From Callorhinchus milii (taxonomy: Eukaryota), in contig NW_024704742.1 of assembly GCF_018977255.1 (NCBI RefSeq), positions 20,834,001-20,898,000 of the forward strand: a stretch of 64,000 bases of DNA, written 5' to 3'. Made by a program: the position numbers and the translations under genes. Under the pieces are notes generated by a model. The model saw only the letters and a program-made list of their open reading frames with translations, did not search any database and was not told where the DNA came from. Numbering within the stretch: the stretch's first letter is position 1; each line of letters begins with the position of its first letter. This document shows positions 39,372-51,313 of the stretch, one piece after another.

Positions 39372-39630
39372 TGCTACAATAGGACTCAAAAATTCTGCGC
39401 GAGGATGGGGTGGACTGGGTTTAACCAGAAAAAAGAAATCAGCCAACGTTCTCATTCTTCACTGTTATCCAATGATCCATATGCAAATGCAATGTACATG
39501 GATGCTTGGTGAGGACAGGATTGGACTCAGCTACGGTTCTCCCTCCCCCAGGTACTACCACAAATTAGGCTCAGATATGAAGGATGAGTACACAAGCAAA
39601 GGGCAGACAACTCCCATGGAACTGTATAGC
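39372..39630 (+). mobile_element. Degenerate AmnSINE2-like relic
   Basis: AAATCAGCCAACGTTCTC...GGTGAGGACAGGATTGGACTCAGCT...TAGGCTCA...CCCATGGAACTGTA resembles the recalled AmnSINE2 3' half. Confidence 0.55.
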
Positions 39631-40179
39631 ACGCAAACATCTGAGTGAGGGTGAAAACATACCCTGTTAAATTCAAAATGTTCACTTGTCAAACACCTCA
39701 GGGAATATCGTCAAAAAGAAATCAAAGGCAGTGTACAAACCATCTAATTTTCCCATCATTCGATTTATTAGGCTATCAAACTGCGATACATAAAAAGCTA
39801 CTTGTGCTCATTAAAGTGGGCATCCAAGCACTCGAAAGCCAGGCAAAGCTAAAAGTGTTCACACTACCCTCAATTTCAGCTATGTGGTTAGTGGAGGACA
39901 AACTAATAGCATTCAAAGGAATCTGCCTCAATTAAGTGAATGGAGTATGAAGCAGCTGATGGATTTTAATATGCATCAACTCAAGTTAACATCATTTAGA
40001 ACAGGATATATACAATGAAGGATGTCCATTAGCAAGGGTGAGAAAGGAAAAGGTTCTCTGTTAAATTATCAACCACTTACATAACATTTTCTCGTCCATG
40101 TAGATGTATATTGAAATGTACACCTCTGGCACATTTGAATACAAGTCAGAAACCAAAGTGCATTATGCTAGTCCTAACT

Positions 40180-40462
40180 GTACTTGAGATGAGACGTTAA
40201 ACCATGATCCTGTCTGTCTGTAAGATGTTAAAGATCGTTAAAGATCCCATGGCACTATTCTGAAAGAGAAAAGAGTTTCTCCCAGTGTCCTGGTCAACAA
40301 TCTTCCCGATAGATTTGGTCATTCAATTCATGACACTGTTGTGTAAAAACTGGCTACTGCCTTCATCTGTAAATACACAATCGCTAGACTTTACAATAAA
40401 ATCCTGAAGCATTTTGAGACTCCTCCCAACATGAAAGATGCTATACCAAATACAAGGATTAT
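40180..40462 (+). mobile_element. SacSINE1/DeuSINE-like 3' part
   Basis: GATGAGACGTTAAACC...AAAGATCCCATGGCACTATT...GTGTCCTGGTCAAC, homologous to 2320-2600. Confidence 0.75.
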
Positions 40463-42480
40463 GTTAGAATTATTCCAAACATCAGTGCTACAGGGATCCT
40501 CAAAATAATGCACATCACATGCACAAGGGAAATATCCAAAGGGCTTTAATTCTGTCGGAGGTTAAATTAATTTTATAAGTAATGTGTACAATAACAAAGG
40601 TATGAATACATGTAGGTATGTATACAATGATGTAGGTATGCTTGCAGGCAGAAATAAACCATCTTTTTGAGATAAGACTAGATAAACAGTTAAAAAAAAT
40701 TCAGCTGTTTGACACTGGATCGAGCAGTTACATTTTCTAACCGATTTGCTCACCGTCATACCCAGTGTCGTAATGTAGACCCTCTGTAGAGCTCTGCTCT
40801 TCCCTCTTTAATAATCTTTATTGCGCTACAGATGTTAGCTTGCACAAAGGCAATGGACACCAAGTCTCAGAACTCATCAACAGTTCCGCAATTTGTAAGA
40901 ACCACACAATTTTGAGCAAGTTACAGGTTCTTACCGAAATGTTATTAACCTTAAAATCTGCTCTAAACGATTCAATCGCCTATCAAAATCCCAGTGCCAG
41001 ATGGTGTTACTTTGTGAGATGAAGATGATTAAAATGCTGTGGATGCTGCCTTTCGATCATCAGAAGCAGGAAAGGCCAGTGCGCTCCTTCAGCAATAGCA
41101 AAACCTTGGCAGAGCTTTGACAAGCATCTGTAAAACTAGATATTTTTTTCTCACAGGTGCCACACTCAATTACTAACTGAGTAAGAAATTAACTGCTTTT
41201 AACATGAAATACACACATCTCACTTCATTAGAGATAAGAAGAAAGACTGCAAGTGCTGGAAATCTGAAATAAAGCTGCAAAATGCACAGAACATCAATCA
41301 GGTTTGAGCAAACATGACAGGTTCAAGTTACTGGTGTGAGCCTCCACCAGAACTAATATGGATGGAGTGCACGTTAAAGTGGCCCATTGATGAACAAGAG
41401 GAGGGTAAGAAAGACCAGACTCATTAGGCAAAGATATTTGGAAGAAATTTTAAAAAAATTTAGAAGTGGTTAACTACAAAGACAAAGAAAGTACTCAGTC
41501 AAATGGGTCATTAATACATTTTGACATCCTGGGAAACGTTATTAAAGAGCTCAGCAAGATACAAAAATAATGAGTCGGATACACAGGATAAAGCAATAAG
41601 AGATTCTTAGGAATGATCCAATGCTGCGTTTATGTCTGGGAATTAGGGCCCAGCATTGTTTCTCCTTTCACTGGCCACTGATCAATACCACTTTGAATGT
41701 CCTGAACAGCTGAAAGTCCTGCACCACCACAGGCTTTGTCACACACACCATGACATCAGTTTCTGACACAGTCTCTCTCTTGCATTCACTGTACTTTTAG
41801 TGCAACACACGTGCTCTATTATCTGTTCAAAAAACGTGGAAAGAAATGTGGGGTTCAAAGTCCAAAGTGGCCCAAACGTAGTCTCTAAAAGCACTCTGAT
41901 CTTAGTGCAATGGATGACTTTTTTTTTAGAAATTTTTCATTTTTTTTGTTGGGAATCACCAAAATACCTTTGTGTCTTAAGACCTGCAGAAAGCTAGTTT
42001 GCCATTTTTGCTACTGTCCACTACCTCAATAACACTGGCAGTAAAATTGGCCCAGGTAAAACAGTTTTCCAATGTTCAGCTGCACCTTTCAGGCTTCCCT
42101 TACCCTAATTTAAGTAGCAAACCGTTGAGAGAGTAATTGATGTATCAGTGATGGAGGGGAAAGCACAGTGGCCATTGTTCTCCATTGACAGTCAGTGGTC
42201 AGGGTCAACAGAAAATATACAATTCCACCTGGTTACAAGCAAAACAAGGAGCCTCGATCTGACCTACCTTCCACTGCCTCTTGCCTTCAGGAGGAGACAC
42301 AAGGAAAAGTGAGAGTGAAAAATAAAATAAGGGAACAGAAATAAACCAGAAACAATGCTGGGCAAAACGCCATCTTACCAAGATATTGGTTGACTGAACT
42401 GAGCTGGTTTTTTCTCTGTCTCTGAAGTATATTTCTTAAATTGCAATAGGGAAATGTCAATTATGGGAAAAACAAATTAC

Positions 42481-42641
42481 CTCTTGAGTTGTTCTGTGAA
42501 GATGTACTGAGTGAAATCCTTCACTGTGGGCGCAAAGTACAATGTCTCGTGTACCTTGATTCCCTTCACCGTGATGTTTTCAGCAGAATTGAAGCGCAGA
42601 ACGTAGAATGGATGAGAAACTTGGCCGAACACTTCAAACAC
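42481..42641 (-). CDS. NAF1: NAF1 coding exon (exon 5), core of Gar1/Naf1 domain
   Basis: TTTGCAG|GTG...AAGAG|GTAATT; 161 nt, phase 0 to 2; VFEVFGQVSHPFYVLRFNSAENITVKGIKVHETLYFAPTVKDFTQYIFTEQLK(R). Confidence 0.97.
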
Positions 42642-44078
42642 CTGCAAAGTCAAGGGAAAAAAAACGGTGTCACGGCAAGTTTGATAAATTCTTTACAAAA
42701 GTACTTTTGCAAGCCAAATACAAAGAGGAAAATAATTCTGTAGAGAATTCTATACAGATGTTTTGGGCAAAATCTGCATAGGTGTTAACTCCTGTGAACA
42801 AACTGGCTGCCACGTTCACCTACAAATATAGTCATTTCACTTCACAGTAAAATCCTGCAAAGCACTTTGAGATACCTTAACATGGTAAGGCGCTATGTCA
42901 AATGCAAGGATTATTATTATTGTAAACAATTGGACTTAGTATTAGCCTAGGCAGTGAGATCAGAGTCCCGATGAGGGGTTTGAACATTTAACTTTCTTGA
43001 TGAGAGGCGAAAGTGCTACTAACCGAGTCATTGTAGAAATGGAAATGAACAAGTTCCACATAAACCCAGAAAAAATTACTCAATAGATAAATACTTATCA
43101 GGAAACCTACCTACCTTCTCCTTGAAGTAGTGGAAATGTACAATATTTAGGAGACAATTATAAAACTTTCCTATCAGGATACAAGCTGAAAAAACCCTTA
43201 GGGTTTTGAGAGAAATTGAATTAATTTATGCATTGAAGGGTATTAAATGGCACTGTTGACAGATGGACTGACTTTTCAGTATTCGTTTCACTTTATAACA
43301 GCAAGAGATTCACAATAATATTTTTAATAAATGCCTGATGGAGACCTCCTGCTTGCAACTTTAAACAGCTGCCTTAGAAAGGGCAGAACAATTTCACTGC
43401 ACTGAATGACTGACGCCTGCTGATCAACCATCACCACTCAACAACATCAGCCTTTTACTCCTCTTCACTGACTGATGCTTCTCAACCACTTCACTATGTT
43501 CAGCTCTAAAGCTTCTTACCCACCCACTGCATTCAGCACAGGAGGAAAGCCACTTTTCATCCAAACCATTAAGGACTGCACAAACTCCTTAGCGATCTTG
43601 GTGTGCTCAGTACTGCATCATGCTTATTTTATGTTCACTCACCACATCACTAATGAAAAATGCCTTCCTCGCACATAACCTTTTTTTTAGAATCCACAAA
43701 ACGTTGAAACCACTTGTTTCTGGTGGACATTTTTGCAATAAATTTTCTAAAGCAAAAAAACGTGTAATGTATTTGGTGAACAACAAACATCATTTGTAAA
43801 TATAATGCATAAGAGAGCAAAAGTTCTAATTCTACCTTGGTGAGTCGGAAATGAATGCCCATAAAATTATAATTGCAAAAAGAATTGAAGGGGAGAAAAT
43901 CTTTCTATATACGAGTGTGGTTGGAGTATAGAATTTCTTGTCACAAGCCATAGTGAGATAGACTCCATTTTTGTAAACAAAAATAAGAAATTAATTAGTC
44001 GTTTGAATAGGAGGAATAGCGAAGGGTATGGGGGACTAGAAGTAAGCAGAGAAATGCTTCTACGTACCGAATTCACGT

Positions 44079-44646
44079 TGTTAGAATTTACACTCTTTCT
44101 ATAATGTTAGAATCATAATAGATGTTGCGAACGGGTTAACTTTTAAGTTAAGTGTGGGGGGCAAGTGGACTGAAACTCATGAGTTGACACTCACGAGATC
44201 ATGTGAGTGTCTCAACGACAAGATGTGTACTACTGTCCTGCATGTACACGAGATAACGGACTGTCTCAAGGACAGTGTGTTTGTGTGTGTGAGGCACGTA
44301 CACCCCATGAGATGTTCACGTGAACCCAGCATGATTTTGGCCAGGTGACCTAATGTCCGCACCATGATTGGATGGACACAAGCTTAAGACACCGTGCCCG
44401 ACCAAGATCGGTGCACCCAGGACAATACCTACTGTGGATGGAAGACTGAGAACTAGAAGGAAGAAGTAGACGACCATGAGGAGGGATTACGCGGTAATAT
44501 TGTTCTGTTAGTGAATCGATTGATTGTGCCTACTTGCCCACGCCCATCGGGAACTTGGACAGATCCTGGAGTTTAATAAACACCACTCTGGTCGCAAACA
44601 GTAGCTGTGTTTGATTGGAACTCGAAAACTCGTTTTTTTTCCAACA
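44079..44646 (+). mobile_element. Solo LTR (568 bp) with 4-bp TSD ACGT
   Basis: ACGT|TGTTAGAA...TTCCAACA|ACGT; TG..CA termini with 7/8 inverted match; AATAAA at 44575-44580; CpG-rich relative to flanks. Confidence 0.88.
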
Positions 44647-44972
44647 ACGTGAGGAACCTATTTACTCACAGACAAGAAATTAGGTTCCTCACGCAAGTAC
44701 AAGCATCTCCACAATCGGAAAGATTAGCTCATGTGGAGAAAACCATTAGCGTAAATGTGATGGGCCAAATGTCCTGATTCTGTGCTGATTCTAGGATTCA
44801 TCTTAAATAGTTAACAACAGCAATTTAGGAGAATCTGTCTCACTTCAAATAAAAATTAGTCAACTAAAGCATTTGCAACATTACATAGTCCAACATAATT
44901 ATCTTAACTTTTTTTTAAATATACTATACACTTAGCAAATATTTAAGAAGTGAATTGTTTTGGTACAATTAC

Positions 44973-45055
44973 CTTTCCAACCGAGTTGCAATCCTTTTTG
45001 AAAAGGACAGTTTCCTCATTAAGTGGCGGCTGGTCCTTCAACGATTCAACGATAA
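44973..45055 (-). CDS. NAF1: NAF1 coding exon (exon 4)
   Basis: CACACAG|TT...AAG|GTAATT; 83 nt, phase 1 to 0; (V)IVESLKDQPPLNEETVLFKKDCNSVGK, similar to human IIESMTNLPPVNEETVIFKSDRQAAGK. Confidence 0.96.
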
Positions 45056-48000
45056 CTGTGTGTGGGCGGGGGCAAGAAAGGAAAAACAGAGAAAGAAGTC
45101 AGAAATATCATTACAATTTTCCCCATGGTTTAATTTTTCGCTTGAAACATAATCGATTCTCCAGCAGGTGCAAAAGTCACAAATATTAAGGTGGAAATGA
45201 TGGTGTTTTAAACAAGTTGTTTCCTGCACAATGTCAGGGGAAGAGTGCCAACAAGCAACTTTTCAAGGAATTCAGCAACTTGACACCCAGACCAGAACTG
45301 CAGACCCAACCAGAAGGTTGTCTGAGGCATTATACACTGCGGAATCTGAAGGTACAGTAAAACTCGCATGTCTTATTTTTATAAATCATATACACCTCCT
45401 AAATCATAACACAGATCCCCAACCCTCTATGACTCCCGCGCTTACCGGAGACCTTCATTCATGTGAAATGACGACCATACCCATCGACGCATGTGCACTT
45501 ACATTGGATTGCAGGAAATATAACATGTCTTAACCTGTCGACTCATGCGCAGAAGTTCAATTCCAGCGATTCAATGCAATTCCTACATTGGCCAGTAAGT
45601 GCGCTTACAGTGACGAGTCAAGAGGCATTGAATCACGTGAAATGTAGTCTTAAACCATCACTGTATGTGCACTTACCGGCTGCATCAAATTATGCATGAT
45701 TGCTTAACTCGGATTTTGTATGACTTCTACAGTTAGCCTGCAACTCAGGCTTCATGTAAGTTATATTAAATGTTATGATCCTGACTGGTATGACTTATGT
45801 GAATTTTACTGTAATGCTGGCAACCTTTACCCTCAGTTCACAAAGTGGCAAAGCTGTGAGCGAGTTACAGTTTTGCCCCTCAAAAAGGATCCCAACCTTG
45901 ACCTGAGCAAACTCATATATTCCCATTATTGTGCATTACAACTGGAGTTTGTGGTAGCGTGTATCAATGTTCCAATTTGTTTCATCACAGTTAGAGGCGC
46001 AGAGACTAACTAAGTTTTCTCTTGTAGGACAAGAATTGAAAAGTTGTCTCCCCCCACACCCACCTCCACCGGGAACATTGGGTTCATACAAAAAGTAGGT
46101 CCAACAACAAAAATGTGGTTTGATGTCGACCTGTAAAATATGAAAATTATTCAATGAAAAATATCGTAGCAGAATAAGTAGGTTCTTCACACAGTTGCAG
46201 GATGCGTCTCCACAATCAGAAAGCATTTCTTCTATCAAACAACACAATATATTCTTTCACATCATCAAGGTCACTTTGTTCATCTGATCCTGCAGAGCTG
46301 TTCTTATGCATTTAGCGCAGCTGTCAATGTATCAATCCATCCACACTACATAATGTCCAGAATTACCTTGGACAATCAGGTGTAGAAATACAACAACTTG
46401 CATTTATTTAAAAATACCCTATTCATAAATATGCTGATAAAAATCAGAATACAGTAGTTTTCACTTCAGATTCTGCTAAGTATTCTTGTATTATATGTAA
46501 ATATAGGTCTTACGCAATTAATTATACAATTCATAACTATTAAAAAAACATTTAAATTGCATTAGTAAAGGCATCCGTAATTCCTTTTGTAAACGATTTT
46601 ATATTTAGGGCTCACAACATATCTAAACCTCTCCTGCCAGATGCATCAACACATTCATTCATTCATTCACTGTTAAAGTCATCTAACATTTTTGATTCAC
46701 AAATTTAGGTGTCAATAATGCAAAATTGTGTTACTTACAAAAGGTTACTCCAGAGTAGATAACAGCAGGAAATGATATACAAACACTCTTCGTGACTTGT
46801 CTGTGATGGTGTTAGCTAAGTCCGCCACTCTTAACCCATATACCCTTTAATATTATGAATTAAATTTCCTTTAAAATGCATATTGTAAACTCAATACCAA
46901 CAGCTATTGATATGTATTGTCAATCCCTCTGTGTAAAGAGAATTTTTTGTAATCTTCCTCCATTTTTTCTTCTATAACCATGATGATATCGTGAAACGAA
47001 ATCACGGCGGTTCAGTGAAACGAACTGTAAACTGAAATCATAGTTGTATTGTACATTGAATTAATTAAGCCTCAATTTCTCTGAGGGGGATTGCCAATAG
47101 GAAATCACACTGATGGTTTCTTTCCATCCCTGACATTGGCATCGAAGATAACTAGGGATTGGCAGGGCTGGACCTACAACACACTCAAGTCAATTTTCAC
47201 GCTCACTTCTTCATTAGTTGCAACACTGGCCTGTCAGGTTAGTTGCAAGCTGGTGAAAATCAATTCCACAAAAAGGTTGCTCCAAAGCACACAGTGAGAG
47301 CTGGAGAATGGGAAACGTCAAAGCTTTTGAAGTTAGAAATGTTAAAAAAAGAGTTACACATTACACAAAAAAGGCATAACATGGTATTTTAAAAGAAGCA
47401 GAGATAATAACAATAAAAAGAAAATCGGAGAAATAAAACAGGTGACAAAAAGTGGATGTAGTCATTCTTTTCAAAAATGTACTTTTGCGTTTATTTTGAA
47501 TGAATTAAACTTGTTCATAACACTATCCTATTGGGAGTCATTCCATTACTATAATTTGTTTTAGCATCACAGTGCAAGGCTAAACAATCTTTAGGATGGG
47601 TCAGTATAGAGAAAAGAATCTCCATATACCTGGTGGTAATCCAGGGTTAATTTTATTTCTGCTATGACAGAAACTGAGCACGTACCATACAAGTCTGAGG
47701 GCTTGAGCTATAACCTGGGAAATAATTATGCGCTGTGACAAAGCACAAGTTTCCATTAACCCATAGCTCAGCTTTCTTTGACCTGAGTTTGAGCTTGATA
47801 GTTTAATATAGGAGATACAGGAGATGCAAGAGGATCGGGTAGGAATGAGAAATGGCCAGGCAGCACATCTAGTATTCATGTACAGTATTAGCTCAGCCAC
47901 TTTCATGTTTCTCCTCATTGGCAATCAGCCAACCTGTCCATTTCCTTTCCGAGTCCTGCAACTGAGCTAACATTGCAAATACCAATTAACAAGTCTATTA

Positions 48001-48097
48001 AAATCACACAAATTCACTTCAAAAAGATTCACGCAACGGCTCTCAACATCACAGTACCCAAAGACTTGAAAATGGTCTGGAAATTGTCTGGTGAAAT

Positions 48098-48370
48098 TAA
48101 TAATTCTTGCATTTGATATTGTGCCTTTCACATCAGGCAGGTGTCCCAAAGCGCTTCACAGATTGTACTGGAGACTGACTGTGTATGTTGTGGATGAATG
48201 CGGAAGCCAATTGCCCACAGCAATGTCACACAAACAGCCACTGAATGAGTGCCCAATTTTTTTGGGGGGGATTGTTGGCCAGAACACCAGGAGAAACTCC
48301 CTTCTCTTTTCAAATAATGCCATGGGATCCTTAACATCCATCTGAACAGAGACGGGTCCTCTGTTTTAAA
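48098..48370 (-). mobile_element. SacSINE1/DeuSINE-like 3' part
   Basis: TGCCATGGGATCCTTAACATCCATCTGAACAGA; core and tail in reverse complement. Confidence 0.75.
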
Positions 48371-49229
48371 ACTCATGTTTACAGGCCTGTTCACAGCTCT
48401 GAGATGCTACACTGAGTGATGGGTGCTATATATCTACAAATTGCACTGAACAGGCCCATAAAGTACATTTCTCAGTTTACTAAACTCCACCAAATAACTG
48501 ACAATACAATAAGAACATAAGAAATACTGGACGAAAAAAGACCAAGGTCCATCTAGTTCGCCGTCCACCTTCCTGGCGGTCGCAAGCACATATGTCCCAA
48601 ACTACCTATGTACTAAATCCCATAATGTTATTTCCTAAAAGAAAACTGTCTAATCTGTGTTTGAAATAATCAACAGTTCAATAAAACTAATCCTCCCAGT
48701 TGACTTCTCCATGCGATTCACAGAAGTAGATTGCTAATTTGCACATAGCAATATCCCACGAGCAGCCAATGGAGTGACCATTTTTTATTTGGGGGATTTA
48801 TTGGCCAGGAAGGACAGCAGGAGAAACTTCCTTCTCTTAAGCACCTCATTAAGGTGGTGCACTTGTGGTGCACTTCCCGCTGTTGGAATAAATTGACTAT
48901 CACCTCGGAATACACTGGTATATTTCAAACAGCAACCGAATGTCCCAGAAGGTTTGGTAGTTAAATGGTTAAAAGTAGCTTTGCTGGACGGGCTGAGGTT
49001 AGCTTCTGATTACATTTTCATATTTTCCTGGGAAGATGTTCACTCCTCTGAGATAATGAGCAACTGGGTCCTTGAGCATAGATGTAAGAACAATGGAGCA
49101 CAGAAAGAAAAGGCTACAGCCTCAGACTCAAGGCTGAAAACAAGCAGGTTGTAGAAGGCTGCCCAGAGGTTGTCCATATCCGTGGGGACTATCTCTGTGA
49201 CCAGGGGAGTTGGATTCAGAAACACATAA

Positions 49230-50041
49230 AAGATGTAACTTTGAAATATTTGGAGTTGTGTAGAGGGTCAGCACACTTCCCAGTGGAATCGATATCTATG
49301 TAAATGTACAGGGCGAGGGAATTTACCTCCAGTAAGAAAGTAACCATTAAAAGTGAGAGAGGAGTAGTTGGCAGCACGAGTGAGGTGCTGGGCTAGGAGC
49401 TGATTGTTTCTGTTGAGTTACAGGAGCCACCCTCTGTGATTCTGTGTGATAGTTCTGTGATCTCTCCAATGTATGTCAAGGTGTGATCCAAGGTCTACTG
49501 TTTAGTCTGGAGTACGAAACAGTGCCTGGATGTGTGTTGTTGTGCCTATATCGTTAGTTCTACTGTTGTGTGTGACTGGTTGGGTCCGATGGTTTATCGG
49601 ATGCTGGTCCCAGTTTATTGTTGATATTGTGAGAGTCGGTTGCATCTGAGGGGTAATTCCAGAGGCTGATCTCTGCACAGAAGTTCGTTAAAGTATAATC
49701 TTGGGTGCCGTTCGTCCGGAGTACGAAGTGAGACCCAGATACGTACTGCTGGGTCCGAGGGTTTACCGGACGCCAGACTCTGTTTAGTATTTGTGTTACA
49801 GAATCAGTTGTCCCTGAGGGTTTTTCAGGGGCTGATCTCTGCTGTGTATTTTGTGCATGTTTGTCTGGAGTATTGAACAACCCCTGAGTGTGTGGTAAAT
49901 GTTTTGCTCACATAGATGTGTTGTACTGTTATTGTGTTGTTATATGTAGTATAATTTGATTACAAATTGTTAAGCCTTTTATGTTTCATCTTATGCAATA
50001 AACTCCATACTCTTACCACCGTCTGTCGAATTATTTACACA
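49230..50041 (+). mobile_element. LTR-like segment with internal about 170-bp degenerate duplication (5' boundary uncertain)
   Basis: AATAAA near 49997, then about 40 nt ending TTTACACA; repeated blocks GGGTCCGA.GGTTTA.CGGA, GGCTGATCTCTGC and GTC.GGAGTA; CpG retained; no TSD identified. Confidence 0.5.
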
Positions 50042-50192
50042 GCTTCTGGAGCAGACCAGCCAGCCTCCTGCATTAAACAAACAGTTGATTTCCAGGTTGT
50101 CAGGTTACCACCAATAACAACAAGATGCTTTTTATGAAAAAAATTCAAGGAACTCAAGATCAGTATGTATTTTTTGATCTGTTCAGATGGAT

Positions 50193-50390
50193 ATAATAAT
50201 AATCCTTGCATTTGATATAGCATCTTATCATGTCTTCGAGATGTCTCAAAGCGCTTCACAGAATATACCGTAAAATGAAGTGACTGTTTATTTTGTGGGC
50301 GAAATGCAGCAGCCAACTGCACACAGCAGTGTCTCACAAACAGTTGTGGATTCAAGTGACCAATTTATCATTATTATTATTATTATTTAT
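50193..50390 (-). mobile_element. Young SINE 3' half
   Basis: Reverse complement of core and tail. Confidence 0.85.
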
Positions 50391-51255
50391 AATGAGCAAG
50401 CTTTATCACATCCAGTAAAAGCTTCCCTCCGTTGAAATTTTAATGCCATGAAATTTAACTAAGGTCTTATTATTGNAAAAACTTTGGTACACTAAAGAAC
50501 ACAACATACATCAGCAGCAATGTGCAGTTATATAGCATCCATCATGCAGGGTAGAGTCTCAGAGTGCTGAACAGGCCCATAAACATGGGCTTTAAGATGC
50601 TTTAACTTTCATGGATGCACATGGTTTATAAATATATCAAAAAAGGCTTCAGTTATTTCTCGTGGACTACAAATAGGCAGTGAGTAGCCTTCGGTCCTCG
50701 ATGACCGTGTTATGTAATACAAACAGTTTCTGCACGCAAGCATTTCATCAGCCATCCCTGCACAATCCGCCACTTCACTGCTCTACAGTAGCGCAATGCG
50801 CCAATCGATGTGTTGGAACCTATAAAAATTATCCGATAAATTTAACTCAGTTTCATTCTCTCTGCGTATCACTCCAACTGAAATTAAATAGAACGGAAAA
50901 ACACAATTCAAATAGCTTCACCCGACAGAGGGCAGAAAAAAAAACACGTTGCTTTTTCTAAATGTGACATGTAGTGACAAGACCGTTTCCCGCCACCAGA
51001 AATGTATGTGTTGTTGATGGCTGTTTAGTCAAACTGTCAAGAAGCTACGTTTCACACAGTTGCTGACATTTAAAACTGCTACTCTGGTTATCTAGCTGTA
51101 CAGTAGGTTAGAACATGTCAATGGCACCAATGCATATCTGGCCCACTGTAGCAATAGCATCTCTCTTACACCATACTGTATACATAAAGCTAGCCACGCT
51201 GCACATATGGTAACTTCCATGTTATAACTAACTCACACACTAGCGCTGGGCTAGA

Positions 51256-51313
51256 TGAACCACCCAAGACTTAAGAGTGCTAACCTGGGCACTCTTTAGT
51301 CTTGGGTGGTTCA
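51256..51313. other. Near-perfect 58-nt hairpin (25-bp stem, 1 mismatch, 8-nt loop); candidate pre-miRNA or collapsed MITE
   Basis: TGAACCACCCAAGACTTAAGAGTGC-TAACCTGG-GCACTCTTTAGTCTTGGGTGGTTCA; the structure is certain, the function is not. Confidence 0.6.

Noticed and set aside
46060..46135. Possible extra minus-strand exon (TTTTACAG|GTCGAC...)
   Set aside because: No NAF1 similarity, weak donor, and the flanking exons already join in phase
48376..48465. Short inverted repeat around an L2-type tail
   Set aside because: The same sequence occurs in another tail copy at about 50520-50587, so it is probably two adjacent repeat fragments rather than a new element
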